From positions 13,565,624-13,629,623 of the forward strand of contig NC_068995.1 of the NCBI RefSeq assembly GCF_001194135.2: DNA of 64,000 nt, given 5' to 3'. Each line of letters starts with the position of its first letter. Position 1 is the stretch's first letter. The notes under the pieces were generated by a model that did not search any database, had not been told where the DNA came from, and worked only from the letters and a program-made list of their open reading frames with translations. Source of the DNA: Octopus bimaculoides. Its lineage: Eukaryota. Made by a program: the position numbers and the translations under genes. Below, piece by piece: positions 1 through 12,919 of the stretch.

Positions 1-922
1 GCCACTTAAAAAGCACCCATGCTAGTGCTGTATTAATGCACCCATACCAGTGCTATGTAAACACACCCATGTCAGTGGCATGTAAAAAGCGCCCAGCACA
101 CTCTGTTAACTGATTGGCATTAGGAACGGCATCTAGCCACAGAAATCATTCCACAACAGACAGTTGGAATCTGGACAGCTCCATGTCAAACCATCCAACC
201 CATGCCAACATGGAAAGAGGGCGTTAAATGATGATGATGTGACAAGTAAGATCATTTGAAGTTTGTTTGAAATTTCATTATTGGTTCAAATATAACAGTA
301 GTCACCATGATATGTTTCTTGGCATTAAGCTCGTTAAGCTGTGTTTGCTGCCACCACCACCACCACCATTATTATCATTGTCGTCATCTTTGACCATTGT
401 CTTGGTGCTACAAACACTTCTCTTGTCTGATTTCTGGTTCTCTAGTGCTGTCTGCTGTCTAAAATGTGCTGAATATACAGCCAATGTCTTTTACAGGAAA
501 ATCACGTCAAAGAGGAAATTGTTTAATTAGATTCTGTTCCACTGGAAATTTAAATGGTTAATATTTTGAAGATATCAGCAATATTTAAGCAAATTATGTT
601 CGTGTTCTATTGTTGTTTTTGTATCGGATACAGTGACCTGGGTTCAATTTCAAGGTGTTTTGCTACTGCCAAATATTCCTGCTACAGATAAAACCAGAAC
701 ATGGCATATTATGACCAATTGAGTGAATCAATTGTTTCCCCCCCCCCTCTCTGTCTATCAATCTATCTCTGTATATACATACACACATATATACATACAA
801 ATAATATCTGCTTCTTTGTTTATCTCTGTATTTAGTCTTACTATGTCTCTTACAAACTTGTATCTTTTGTGTGAATGTATCAATATGTCTTAGAACATGA
901 GATAACATTTCATAATTTCCAG

Positions 923-1056
923 GAAATTATGGAAATATTGCATGAAACGATGGAAAGAAGCTGCCAAGAAGAAACTACCAAATACCCCTTGGGAGAAAGA
1001 TCTCCTTCTGACTGATGTTGATACCACGACTCTGTTTTATGAATATTTAGAAATGA
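923..1056 (+). CDS. Anoctamin/TMEM16 family, internal coding exon (first visible; upstream exons lie outside the window)
   Basis: ttccAG acceptor at 921-922, GTgagt donor at 1057. Translates KLWKYCMKRWKEAAKKKLPNTPWEKDLLLTDVDTTTLFYEYLEM, with the anoctamin PWExD and LFxEYLEM motifs (TM7 Ca2+-binding glutamates). Confidence 0.95.
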
Positions 1057-1123
1057 GTGAGTATAAATACTTTGCTTTTGTTTTGTTTTTAGTGGTAATA
1101 TATTTCTTTTATTAAATTATTAT

Positions 1124-1441
1124 AGGCGCAGGAGTGGCTGTGTGGTAAGTAGCTTGCTTACCAACCACATGGTTCCGGGTTCAATCCCACTGCACGGCAC
1201 CTTGAGCAAGTGTCTTGAACTATAGCTTCGGGCTGACCAAAACCTTGTGAGTGGATTCAGTTCATAGAAATTGAAAGAAGCTCATCATATATATGTGTAT
1301 ATATGTGTGTGTGTGTGTGTTTGTGCTTTTGTGCATGTGTTTGTTCCCCCCGTCATTGACAACCAGCGTTGGTGTGTTTACATCCCCGTAATTTAGCAGT
1401 TCAGCAAAAGAGACCAAGAGAATAAATACCAGGCTTTAGAA
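1124..1441 (+). mobile_element. tRNA-derived SINE, family A (runs into gap)
   Basis: Head aggcgcaggagtggctgtgtggtaag with A/B-box-like motifs, core ccttg(g/a)gcaagtg, internal (TG/TA)n. Many copies in the window. Confidence 0.85.
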
Positions 1442-2762
1442 NNNNNNNNNNNNNNNNNNNNNNNNNNNNNNNNNNNNNNNNNNNNNNNNNNNNNNNNNNN
1501 NNNNNNNNNNNNNNNNNNNNNNNNNNNNNNNNNNNNNNNNNNNNNNNNNNNNNNNNNNNNNNNNNNNNNNNNNNNNNNNNNNNNNNNNNNNNNNNNNNNT
1601 ATATATATATAGCTTTCATGAAACATTGTCTCATATACATATAAATAAATTTTAATTATATTTTTTAAAGCCCAAACAATTGAAGTTATAAAAATATACA
1701 GGTTGATAGTTTTACCTAGTATTTCGATATTTCAAGATTAGGCTCCCTCCCTCAGGAAATCTTTGAACAGAGCAGGTCAGCAAAGATTTCCTGAAGAAGT
1801 GGATCCTAACCCTGAAATATTGCAAGACCAGGTAAAATTATCAACCTGTATTATTCATATAATTTGCCTTGTTTTGGCTTTAAAAATATATAATTAAAGA
1901 CAGACCCTGTTGATGCTGGTGCCACATAAAAAGCACCTAGTACACTCTGTAAAGTGGTTGGTGTTTGGAAGGGGATCCAGCTGTAGAAAACAAGCCAAAA
2001 CAGAAGACTGGAACCTGGTGCAACTCCCAGCTTGCCAGGTCTATGCCAACCATTCAACCCATGCCAGCATGGAAAACTGACGTTAAATGATGATGATGAT
2101 AATAATATATTTGTGAATGTGTAAGTCCTTATCTTGACTAACAGAGCGTTGAATTGGCAGATTTATTAGAACCTGAGATAGAATGCTTTACAATAGTTGT
2201 TCTGTCTCTCTACATTCTAAGATCAAATCCTACCAAGATCAACTTTGTTCTTCTTCCTTCTGGATGTTAATAAAGTAAACTACAAGTTAAGTGCCTCTTA
2301 TATAATTTGACCATTTTCATCTCCTAAATTTCAAGCCTCTTACTTCCTGTGTTAGAAACAATTATTTTACAAATAGTTTTCCATGATAGCATCAGAGGGA
2401 TTGTGTCCCTTTATGGTACACATACTTTTGGAGTGATTGCCTATAGCTTGATGCCCTTATATTTATGTTGTGTGAAATAAATACTGCACCTGTGAAGTAG
2501 GAGTGAAACCTGTTTTGCTCAGCCAGACATACTAAGTCACACAGAGTTGTTTGCTTTGTCCTAATATATGACTTCGAAAGTAAGTGTTTTGCTCAAGAAC
2601 ATAATGCATCGCCCAGTCCAGGAATTGAAACCACAATCATACAATCATAAGTGCAACACACCAACCACTAAGCTACACACCTCATCTGGATCACCTAATA
2701 TATTTATACAAATTTAATTAAATATGTGAGATTTTAATTATACTCTATGCTTTCTATTTCAG

Positions 2763-2915
2763 TTCTTCAATTTGGGTTTCTAACCCTATTTGTAGCAGCT
2801 TTCCCCATGGGTCCACTGTTCTGTTTAATCAACAATATAATAGAAATCAGAGCTGATGCCAATAAGTTTGTTACTACAATAAAACGACCAACTCCACAAA
2901 TTGCAACCAATATTG
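2763..2915 (+). CDS. Anoctamin coding exon (TM7-TM8)
   Basis: AG/GT boundaries, phase 1 to phase 1. [52 protein letters not shown]; NNxxEIRxDAxKF carries the TM8 Ca2+ ligands. Confidence 0.96.
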
Positions 2916-4612
2916 GTGAGTGTTTCAATTTTCTGATAATCTTTTTGCTTTCGAATATATATAACCTGATCAAGTAGACCCACAATAGAAAGCATTCCTG
3001 TCCGTCTATTTAAGGATACGTAACTCTTTTTTTTACCATAATTCTGTTGAAATACACTGCCTTTATTTCAATTAATTCCGAAAAGAAGGAAGAACTTAAT
3101 AAAATAACATTGCCATAACTGAGGTGAAATATAGAACATGTGGCCTTCGTGCTGGTGGCACGTAAAAGCACCCACTACACTCTCGGAGTGGTTGGCGTTA
3201 GGAAGGGCATCCAGCTGTAGAAACTCTGCCAAATCAGATTGGAGCCTGGTGTAGCTATCTGGTTCACCAGTCCTCAGTCAAATCGTCCAACCCATGCTAG
3301 CAGGGAAAGCGGACGTTAAACGATGATGATGATGAAGAATTAATAAGAAATTGTGATGGAAGTTTTTAAATATAGATCACTTTAAAACAGGATGTTAATG
3401 TCATAGAACCAAGAGTGACCTCAAGCAGTTTGGTATCAAAAGACTTCATTATCTAATACTTCATTCTGTTATTTATGATGACAAAAATGAAAGAAAAGAG
3501 CGTATGTTGAAACAAAGTTATGGTTTGATACAAAGCAATTGTTTCTACTTAAATTCAGATTTGTTTTGAATTATCTTACCTTTCCTTTTAAACATAAATC
3601 TTGGTTTTGTAAGCCTAAAATTTGGTCTTCCTAAATGTTTCGCATACTTTTGTTTTCTTAATACATGTGACAAAGAACACTAAAATAAGAATAACAAGAA
3701 AGCTGAACTGAAGACCAAGTATATATACTTGTATATATGCATTTTTTCTTTCTTTTTCACAAAGGAAATATCTATCTTTTACTTGTTTCAGTCAGTGACT
3801 GCAGCTATGCTGAAGCTCTGCCTTGAAGGCTTTAGCCAAACAACTCAACCCCAGTATTTCACTTTTTCTAAGACTGGTACTTATTATATCAGTTTCTTTT
3901 TGTCAAACTGCTAAGTTATGGAGGCCATAAACAAACCAACATCAGTTGTCAAATGATGTGGAGAGGACACACACAAAGACATGCACAAGCATACATGCAT
4001 ATACATACAACAGGCTTCTTTCAGTTTCCATCTTCCACCTCCATTTATAAGGCTTTGGTTGACTTGGGGCTATAGTAAAAGACATTTGCCTAAGGTGCCA
4101 TGCTTTGGGACTGAACCTGAAACCAAGGACTTGTGCTTATAATAGAAAGGATTATTATGTTATTGTTAAGGTGGCAAGCTGACAGAATCATTAGCATGCT
4201 GTATGAAATGCTTAGCAGTATTTCACCTGTTGCTATGTTCTGAGTTCAAATTCTGCTGCGATCGACTTAGCCTTTCATCCTTTTGGGGTCAACGAATTAA
4301 GTACCAGTGAAACATTAAGGTTGATGTAATCAACCAGCTCCCTGCCACCAAATTTCAGGTCTTGTGCCTTTAGTAGAAAGGATTATTATTATTTTTAAGG
4401 CGGCGAGCTGGTAGAATCATTAGTACACCGAGTGAAATGCTTAGCGGTATTTCTTCTGTCTTCATGTTCTGGGTTCAAATTCTGCCAAGGTTGACTTTGC
4501 TTTGCATCCTTTTAGAGTTGACAAATTAAGTACCAGTGGACCACTGGGGTCGATGTAATCGACTAGTCCCCTCCCTCCATATCTCAAGCCTTGTGCCTTT
4601 AGTAGAAAGGAT

Positions 4613-5660
4613 TGTAGTGAAACTAACACCTCGATCGCCATTACATACAAAACTACCTCCCGCCATTAGATACAAACTACTATCGCCATTACATACAATC
4701 TTCTCATTTAAATATAAATAAATGCGAGCGTAGTAGAGAACCCATTCCTTGTCATCACGTGGCTGATCATTATTCGAATCGGCAACTTCTTCGAACCGTT
4801 CCCGCCAGAACGCAAACTGACCAATCACAGCCCCTAATAAGGTCACGTGATAGAGTAAAATTCTGAAGCCATTTGGAGCCCTCTTAACGCCTTAAATAGA
4901 TCAACTCATACCCCACAAATTTGTCTCGGTCCAGTTTCTCTTTGAGAACTGTTCCGTGTACCACACGACAGCAGCAGCAGTTNNNNNNNNNNNNNNNNNN
5001 NNNNNNNNNNNNNNNNNNNNNNNNNNNNNNNNNNNNNNNNNNNNNNNNNNNNNNNNNNNNNNNNNNNNNNNNNNNNNNNNNNNNNNNNNNNNNNNNNNNN
5101 NNNNNNNNNNNNNNNNNNNNNNNNNNNNNNNNNNNNNNNNNNNNNNNNNNNNNNNNNNNNNNNNNNNNNNNNNNNNNNNNNNNNNNNNNNNNNNNNNNNN
5201 NNNNNNNNNNNNNNNNNNNNNNNNNNNNNNNNNNNNNNNNNNNNNNNNNNNNNNNNNNNNNNNNNNNNNNNNNNNNNNNNNNNNNNNNNNNNNNNNNNNN
5301 NNNNNNNNNNNNNNNNNNNNNNNNNATCTGCTGTAAACACTCATACACACATGTATCACTCACATACACACTTTTCTTTGTACGACGGCCTGTCTTTGAT
5401 TATGTTATTATATGTCGCATTCACACTCTCACACAGACATACATCTTTAACGCTACAATAAATATCTCTGTTATTCATATTATACGGTTGTGGTCTTTCA
5501 TTACTGGTCATCTATGTTATCGTCGCATAACATATTAGTATATCATCTTCGATATATTATTGTGTGTTCGACCGTGTGACGCGTTTAAATAAAAGGAGTC
5601 CTCTGTTTTTCCATTCGTCACCATTTCTCCTTTTATGAGTTCGCACGGTCGTCCCTTACA
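4613..5660 (+). mobile_element. Solo LTR (Gypsy-like, 4-bp TSD) in anoctamin intron
   Basis: Begins TGTA, ends TACA, flanked by GGAT at 4609-4612 and 5661-5664. Removing it restores the SINE tail agtagaaaggattatt. Internal CCAAT, CACGTG, TATA-like and AATAAA motifs; contains an N-gap. Confidence 0.8.
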
Positions 5661-5877
5661 GGATTATTAAGGCAGTGAGCTGGCAAAATCATTAGCAATC
5701 TGGGCAAAATGTTGCTTAGCATTTTGCCCAGTTTCACATTCTGAGTCCAAATGTCACTCAGATTGACTTTGCCTTTCATATTTTCAGGGTCAATAAAACA
5801 AGTACCAGTCAAGTTCTGGGGTCAATGTAATCAACTTACTCCTTCCCCTAAAATTACTGGCCTTGTGCCAAAATTTG

Positions 5878-5929
<52 letters not shown>

Positions 5930-6163
5930 TATTATTATTATTATTATTACGGCGAGCTGGCAGAATCATTAACATGCTGGGCAAAATACTTAGTGGTATT
6001 TCATCCATCTTTACGTTCTGAGTTCCAATTCCACCAAGGTCGACTTTGCCTTTCATCCTTTCAGGGTTGATAAAATAAGTACCAGTTGAGTACTGGGGTC
6101 AATGTAATCGACTAGTCCCCTCCCACCAAATTTCAGGCCTTGTGCCTATAATAGAAAAGATTA

Positions 6164-6194
<31 letters not shown>

Positions 6195-6283
6195 GTTAAG
6201 TCTACACTACAAGTAGGCTGCAGTGAGATCATATAGATATTCATACAAATTCTTTTATTCAATGTTGTTTCATTAATTTATAG

Positions 6284-6336
6284 GGATATGGTACAGTGTA
6301 CTTTACGGTATCTCAAGAATTGCAATTCTATCAAAT
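6284..6336 (+). CDS. Anoctamin coding exon (53 nt, TM9)
   Basis: tttatAG / GTaagt. In frame with neighbours: GIWYSVLYGISRIAILSN, matching the anoctamin NIGIW...SN motif. Too short for the ORF track. Confidence 0.93.
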
Positions 6337-6404
6337 GTAAGTTGTTTTTATATATTTAATATTTTTTTAATATATTATATATTTTGAAAAATAAACAGTG
6401 ACTA

Positions 6405-6580
6405 AATAGGTTGAAGAGGATGTGATTTTGTTCTAGCGCTGGTACCATGATAAAATGTACCCTGTAGACTCGACTAAGGGATTTATGTTATGAATAGGTT
6501 GAAGAGGATGTGATTTCTTTCTAGCGCTGGTACCATGATAAAATGTACCCAGTAGACTCGGCTAAGGGGTTTATGTTATG
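6405..6580. repeat. 88-bp tandem duplication
   Basis: aataggttgaagaggatgtgat...ttatgttatg occurs twice in tandem with few differences. Confidence 0.92.
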
Positions 6581-7040
6581 AAAAGCATCCAGGTACAGAA
6601 ACCATGCTTAAATGGAAAGTACAAGGAAAATGGGGTTGTGATCTTCCATTTCATTTAGGAGGTAATAATTCCAAAGAAGAACTGATAGGAACTGTGACTA
6701 TCTGACTAACCTATGCCAACCTGAAAAATGGAAATAAAGTGAGGTTGATGATGACAAGAGAGGCGCTGGTGACAATAGTGATGATAATATTATAAGCATA
6801 TATGGAGTCACTTATCCACAAAACCACTGAATTTATTAATAGACTACTTCCCTTTGGTTTTGTGGTTTATGCTGTACTTCCTATATGTGGTTATTGGTGG
6901 GTTGTGGCTTTTTGAGTCGATGACCTAATGGTTTTATTCTGCAATTAATTTTGTACTTTTGTCTCAACTAGTTTGAGCACTTCTTATTACAGCCTTGTAT
7001 AAATTCTATTAGTTTTCTAATACAAAGCTGTTAATATTGA

Positions 7041-7085
<45 letters not shown>

Positions 7086-7656
7086 TCATGGAATTTACTC
7101 AAAATTTTCTTCGGTTTGTGGTTGAAATCAATAAATTGAATTGATATCAGAGAATATACAAAGGAGTATAAATCACAAAATAACAGTTACTAGATGTGGT
7201 GTTTAAATAATATATTGTTTAAGCTGACACTCCCAGAGCTGATAAAGTAATTTCATTCTTTAACATAGGCACATTGAGTGGGAATGGTGCAATCAAATAA
7301 AATTGACACATACACCCATAAACACTCACATCCACACATATTCACATGGACACACAGACACACACATGAACATACGAACAAACACACACACACACACATA
7401 CACATGCACAATATCATGGGCTTCTACATAGATTGTCCACGAAATTCACTCACAAAATTCTGTTTGATTTGGGTTACCTAAGGTGCCAAACTGTTGGGAC
7501 TGAACCCGAAACTCTATGGTTTGCAAAGCAGTTTTCTGAACCACACCACTGTGGTATTTACATCTGCTGAATCCTTTCTTTCTTTCTTTCTTTATTTATT
7601 TATTTACTTATTTATTTATTTATTTATTTATTTATCTATCGTTGTTTCATTTCCAG

Positions 7657-7838
7657 GCATTCATCATATGTGTGACATCAGATTTTATACCTCAGTTAGT
7701 TTACAAACTAGGCTACAGTTTAGATGATAACCTCAGTGGCTATGTGGAGAATTCCTTGTCCTATTTCAACACCAGTGATTTTGAACTGAATCACCGTCCT
7801 TTCAGTATGCCAAATGAAACAGTGGTAGAGATTTGTCG
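7657..7838 (+). CDS. Anoctamin coding exon (TM9 end and extracellular loop)
   Basis: ttccAG / GTaagt. AFIICVTSDFIPQLVYKLGYSLDDNLSGYVENSLSYFNTSDF...NETVVEICR; TSDFIP motif and three N-glycosylation sequons (NLS, NTS, NET). Confidence 0.96.
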
Positions 7839-8775
7839 GTAAGTTCTCTTTATTTTCTCATTCTTTCACTCTTTCATCCATCTCTATTTATCAAACAACA
7901 AAGATGCCCTTTGATACAACTTGATGCATCATTTTACACTAATGTACACAAACAGGCATGTGGTTGTGTGATAAGAAGTGGTATGGTAAGTGAATGAGAA
8001 AGAGTGAGTGATAAATGGGAGGGTAAGGGAGAAGGGAATAATAGACAAGATATATATCTTTTATTTTTTACTTGTTTCAATTGTTTGACTGTGGCCATGC
8101 TGGAGCACGGCCTTGAAGGGTTTTAATCAAACAAATTGACCCCCAGGACTTTTAAAACCTAGTATTTATTCTATTGGCCTCTTTTTGCCAAACCACTAAG
8201 TTACAGGGACATAAAACTCACCAACACTGGTTGTCTAGTAGTGGCGGAGATGGGGTACACAAACAGACACAAAGACACACACACACACATATATATATAT
8301 ACATACACACACACTAGCACACATACACAACAGGCTTCTTTCATATTCCATCAGCTAGATCCACTCACAAGGCTTTGGCCAGCCCAAGGCTATAGTAGAA
8401 AACAACTGCCCAATGTGCCATGTGTTGGGACTGAACCCAGAATCATGTGGTTGGGAGGCAAGCTTCTTACCACACAGCCACACCTATGCCTCTTATATAT
8501 ATATGAGAGAGAGAGATAGAGAGAGAGTCTAACCCATGCCTGCATGGAGAGTGGACGTTAAATGATGATGATGAAATAATATTTCCAAAATGGTTTAGAG
8601 GGATATATAATCCTATAATCCTAGCAGATACCATGTTTGCTCATTATCAGTTATCAATGCTGACTAGCCACAGTGAATGTTGATGAAACTCAAGTTAGAT
8701 GTAATTAACTATACTCGGTTATTAAGGATACTATATAAATATATTTTGTATGTATATATATATATATGTGTGTGT

Positions 8776-9415
8776 ATCATCATTTAACATCTGTTTTCCA
8801 TGCTGGCATGGGTAAGGTGTTTTGACTGAAACTGGTAAGTTGGTGAGCTACACCAGATTCCAATCTCATTTGGTATGGTTTCTATGACTGGATGCCTTAA
8901 TGCCAACCACTCCAAGAGTGTAATGGGGCCTTTTACGGGCCACTGGCATGGGTGCCAGTTACATGACACCGACATCAGCCATGACTATGATTTCATTTGG
9001 CTTGATGGGTCTTCTTGAGTATGGTATATCGCCAAAGGTCTCTGTCACTTATCATTGCCTCCATGAGGCCCCATGTTCAAAGGGTGCTTTTAACATGTCA
9101 CTAGCACAGGTGCCAGTTATACGACTCTGGCATCAGCCATAACTGTGATTTCACTTGTTTTCACAGGTCTTCTCAAGCACAGCATATTGCCAAAGGTCTT
9201 GGTCACTGTGAGGCCTAACATTCAAAGATCATGTTTCACCATCTCATCCCATGTCTTCCTGGGTTTACCTCTTCCACAGGCTCCCGATAGAGGGAACCTG
9301 TGGAAGGGGTGTATTATCCCAACATTCATTACTGCCATCTTAATGACTATTTTGCCATGCTTGCACTAGTGTGTAGGTCTTCTCCTGCATGAGCATCACA
9401 TAATCTCTTTCCCCT
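8776..9415 (-). mobile_element. RTE-clade LINE 3' fragment
   Basis: Minus strand CGRGKPRKTWDEMVKHDL*MLGL resembles the RTE ORF C-terminus; followed by the shared 3' UTR ending ttaaatgatgat. Confidence 0.7.
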
Positions 9416-9632
9416 CAAATTAACCAGCACGCTAAATGAAATACTTAGCGGTGTTTCACTTGCCACTATGTTCTGAGTTCAAATTCTGCCAAGGTCGACT
9501 TTGCCTTTCATCCTTTCAGGGTTGATAAATTAAGTACCAGTGAAACACTGGGGTTGATGTAATTGACTAGTTTCCTTCCCCAAAATTTCAGGAGAAAGGA
9601 TTGTTATCAAGTGTTCTGTTTATTTTTCACAG

Positions 9633-9738
9633 CTACCGGGATTATCGAAATCCACCTTGGGATGACAATAAATATGAATATTCTGAGAAATTCTGGCATA
9701 TCTTTGCGGCAAGGATGGCTTTTGTTGTTGTTTTCGAG
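9633..9738 (+). CDS. Anoctamin coding exon (loop and TM10)
   Basis: tcacAG / GTttgt. [35 protein letters not shown]; CRYRDYR and FWHxxAARxAF motifs. Confidence 0.96.
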
Positions 9739-10678
9739 GTTTGTAAAATATTATCATATACCATAATATATATTATCATATTATAAAATGCTTCCATGTA
9801 AATTATTGGTGGAATTTCTGGTTTAAGCATCTCATATAACTCCACTTTACTTTTTTTATTCTTGGGAATTTTCAGAAAATTTTTACGGATTTGTGTTGTA
9901 CACATGGGAATTCATAGAATTATTCAAAAAAAATGTTTTCTTTTAATTTCTTTTGCCCCACTCCCTACCTAAGTCTTTAAATTTCCATTCTTTGATTTTT
10001 TTCTTAAATCAGAGTTTAAAATACAGACACTCCAAATTTTTTTGCCTCTATCCCACCCTTAGAGGCATCATAATTTCATTAAATATGTTTATGGGGAGAA
10101 AAATATTGAAAAACATATCAGATTGACAAAGAAACAAGGAAGATATCAGGTGGTCATGAGATGTGTTAAAAATAACAGCTAAATCTCACTTAACTTACAC
10201 ACACAAATTTCTTTTTTGTATAATCATATGAATTCCCATGTGTAGAATACAAATTCACAAAAAATTTCTGAAAAAAAAAAAAATAATAAATAAAAGTTAT
10301 GAGGGGTTATATGGGGTACTTAGTCCTTCAGTATTTAAACCAGCCATATCTGACCCAAACATTTTATCTGTTTTATGTTCAAACCAATCAGATATGATTT
10401 TTATTACCTACCCTACAATATCATTCTAAAGATGCAACAATCACATTACTGAGCTCTGAAAGATATGAGGTAATGCATGATTAATTCAAACCAATGTGAA
10501 TAAATAAGCTTTACACATGACAAAAGTCTGAATGCTAAAGAATTCCACCCAAAATATTAATATACTATTGGATACTTGTCTGAAAAGCCATGAGTAATAA
10601 ATGATGTCCAGTTTTATAGTTTTATTCATTGAGAGTTTTCTGATATTTTCATGGTTTTGTTTTTCTCTTTTTCTTCAG

Positions 10679-10918
10679 AATTTCGTCGTCGTTTTTACAA
10701 GTATAATTGCATGGTTAATTCCTGATGTTTCAAGTAAAACGAAAGAACTTATTCGCCAGGAAGCTTACATAACCCAGAAGATTATCATGAACGAAGAGCT
10801 AAAACGTGCACGAGAAGAAGCACTATCAGTAGAAAATTACAAACCAGATCGGCCGCCATCTGAAGGAGTCAGTAGGCGTAAACCAAATTTTTTCTCAACT
10901 CCAGACGAAACTGCCTAA
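10679..10918 (+). CDS. Anoctamin terminal coding exon
   Basis: ttcAG acceptor. NFVVVFTSIIAWLIPDVSSKTKELIRQEAYITQKIIMNEELKRA...DETA then TAA; WLIPDV motif. Followed by AT-rich UTR-like sequence. Confidence 0.95.
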   Translation, partial: NFVVVFTSIIAWLIPDVSSKTKELIRQEAYITQKIIMNEELKRAREEALSVENYKPDRPPSEGVSRRKPNFFSTPDETA

Positions 10919-12187
10919 TTAATAATTATATTATTGCAAGGCATAAATGGTTGTACAACATATTGAAATGTTTTTATAATATCTGTAACTTATTGTTTGT
11001 TCATTTTTTTATTATTTTATTGTGCAATTTATTTTGTGTTTTTGTTTAACATTTTCTTTATTTTATCACCCCTTGTTTTACCTTTTTTTTTTTTTTTTAC
11101 AAGACGATCTTTGCTCATAATAATGTTCAGATTTTGTATCATCTGAAACTTTAGCAAAAAGTTGTTTTTTTTTTCTCTCTTATTTAATCATGATTTTTTA
11201 ATTAAAAAAAAAACCTTTTTCAGTGAGAATTGTCAAATGTAAAATATATTTTGGACATTTTTTTATTATCATTTTTATATTCTCATTTATTTTTATTCAG
11301 TATAAAAAAAAAATGAAAGAAACTAAAGATTGAATCTCATGTTGAAACAAACAAAATTATTGTTTTGATCCAAAACAATTGTTTCTACTTAAATTTTGCA
11401 ATGCATTCTCTTCAAATTGGTTTTAAATATTCTTACCTTGTTTCAAACAAAAATCCTGGTTTTGTAAACATAAGAACATGTTTCCCTTTCTTTTTTGTTT
11501 ATAGCAATATTATGTAAACATAAAAATGGGTTTCTTATAGCAATATTATGTAAACATAAAAATATATCATTCTTTTTTTTTTTAGAAAGAAGATATCAGC
11601 ATTCTTAACTAGTAAAAAAAATTAATTCATTATAAAAGACAGAATTGGTCAAGTGTCTGACCTGCCATTCTCCTAAGGTTCATACAATAAGTACTAGTCA
11701 AAGTTCTTGGGTCAAACTAATAGCCTATACCTTTCCAAATTTATAGCAATGTGCCAATTCTAGTTGAAGAAAAATTTTCATTATTATTATTTTAATTAAT
11801 CAAGATTTGAAAATTATACCAAAAGTTTCCTTTCTAGGAACAAGAATTATGTACACCTTGGAGAGCATTCATACAAGTGTTCAAAGTTAATAAGGATGTT
11901 CAGAATTATTTTGTCTTTTCATATCATCTTCAATGCTGTGGGCCCTTGTGGCCAATTAAAGAAATCTTTATTATTCTGTGATGAGCTGGAGAATCATTAG
12001 CACACTGGACAAAATGCTTAACGGCATTTCTTCTGGCTTTACATTCTGAGTTCAAATGCTACCGAGGTAGACTTTGCCTTTCATCCTTTCATGGTTGATA
12101 AAATAAAATACCAGTTGAGTACTGGGTCAATGTAATTGACTTACTCCCGCCCCTAAAATTGCTGGCCTTGTGTCAACATTTGAAAGC

Positions 12188-12919
12188 ATTATTATTATTA
12201 TTATTATCATCATTATTATTATTCAGTAGTTTTATTTTTATAACGTGCTTTCACTTCACTACCGAGCGCAGCTCTGTGCGCCTTGGGTATGTGCTGTGGT
12301 TTGCTGTGGTGCTCTTATGTTTACTGTATTGAAAGTGTTTTGCGTAGAATGTGTGCAGTACCCAGTAGTGCAATTTTCTGTATGTTATATATATTTGTAA
12401 GTCCTGCTATTTTTGTTATGTATTTGTCTGAATATTTTTTTATTATACCTAAGGCACCTACTATGATAGGAATTGTTTCTGTTTTTAGATTCCACATTCG
12501 AGTTATCTCTATTTCCAGGNNNNNNNNNNNNNNNNNNNNNNNNNNNNNNNNNNNNNNNNNNNNNNNNNNNNNNNNNNNNNNNNNNNNNNNNNNNNNNNNN
12601 NGTATTTTGAAAGTTTTTCCATTTCTTTTAGAGAAACGTTGTCATCTGCTGGTATTGATACATCAATTAGAAAGCATTTTTTTTCTTCATGATCTTTGAC
12701 AACTATATCTGGTCTATTTGCCTTAATTTCTCTATCTGTGTGTATTGGCATATCCCAGAGTATGGTTGCTTTCTCGTTTTCTGTGACCTTTTCTGGCGTG
12801 TGTTTATACCATCTTTTTTCTGTTGTTATTCCATAATGTTGGCATAGCTTCCAGTGTATATAGGTCCCAGCTCTGTTGTGTCTGTGAATATATTCCTTCT
12901 TAGCCAGGACTGGGCAGCC
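12188..12919 (-). mobile_element. 5'-truncated non-LTR retrotransposon with restriction-like endonuclease (R4/Dong/NeSL type)
   Basis: Minus strand reads GCPVLAKKEYIHRHN...HWKLCQHYG...WDMPIHTDREIKANRPDIVVKDHEEKKCFLIDVSIP...KLSKY-gap-LEIEITRMW...PIIVGALG...QKIALLGTAHILRKTL, the RHN and PD..D..K REL domain, followed by a short 3' UTR and (TAA)n tail. Confidence 0.9.

Noticed and set aside
1756-1831. Cryptic exon in anoctamin intron (AG...GT, open frame KSLNRAGQQRFPEEVDPNPEILQDQ)
   Set aside because: 76 nt would shift the frame in this phase-1 intron, and the flanking exons already join in frame through the conserved EYLEM/ILQFGF motif.
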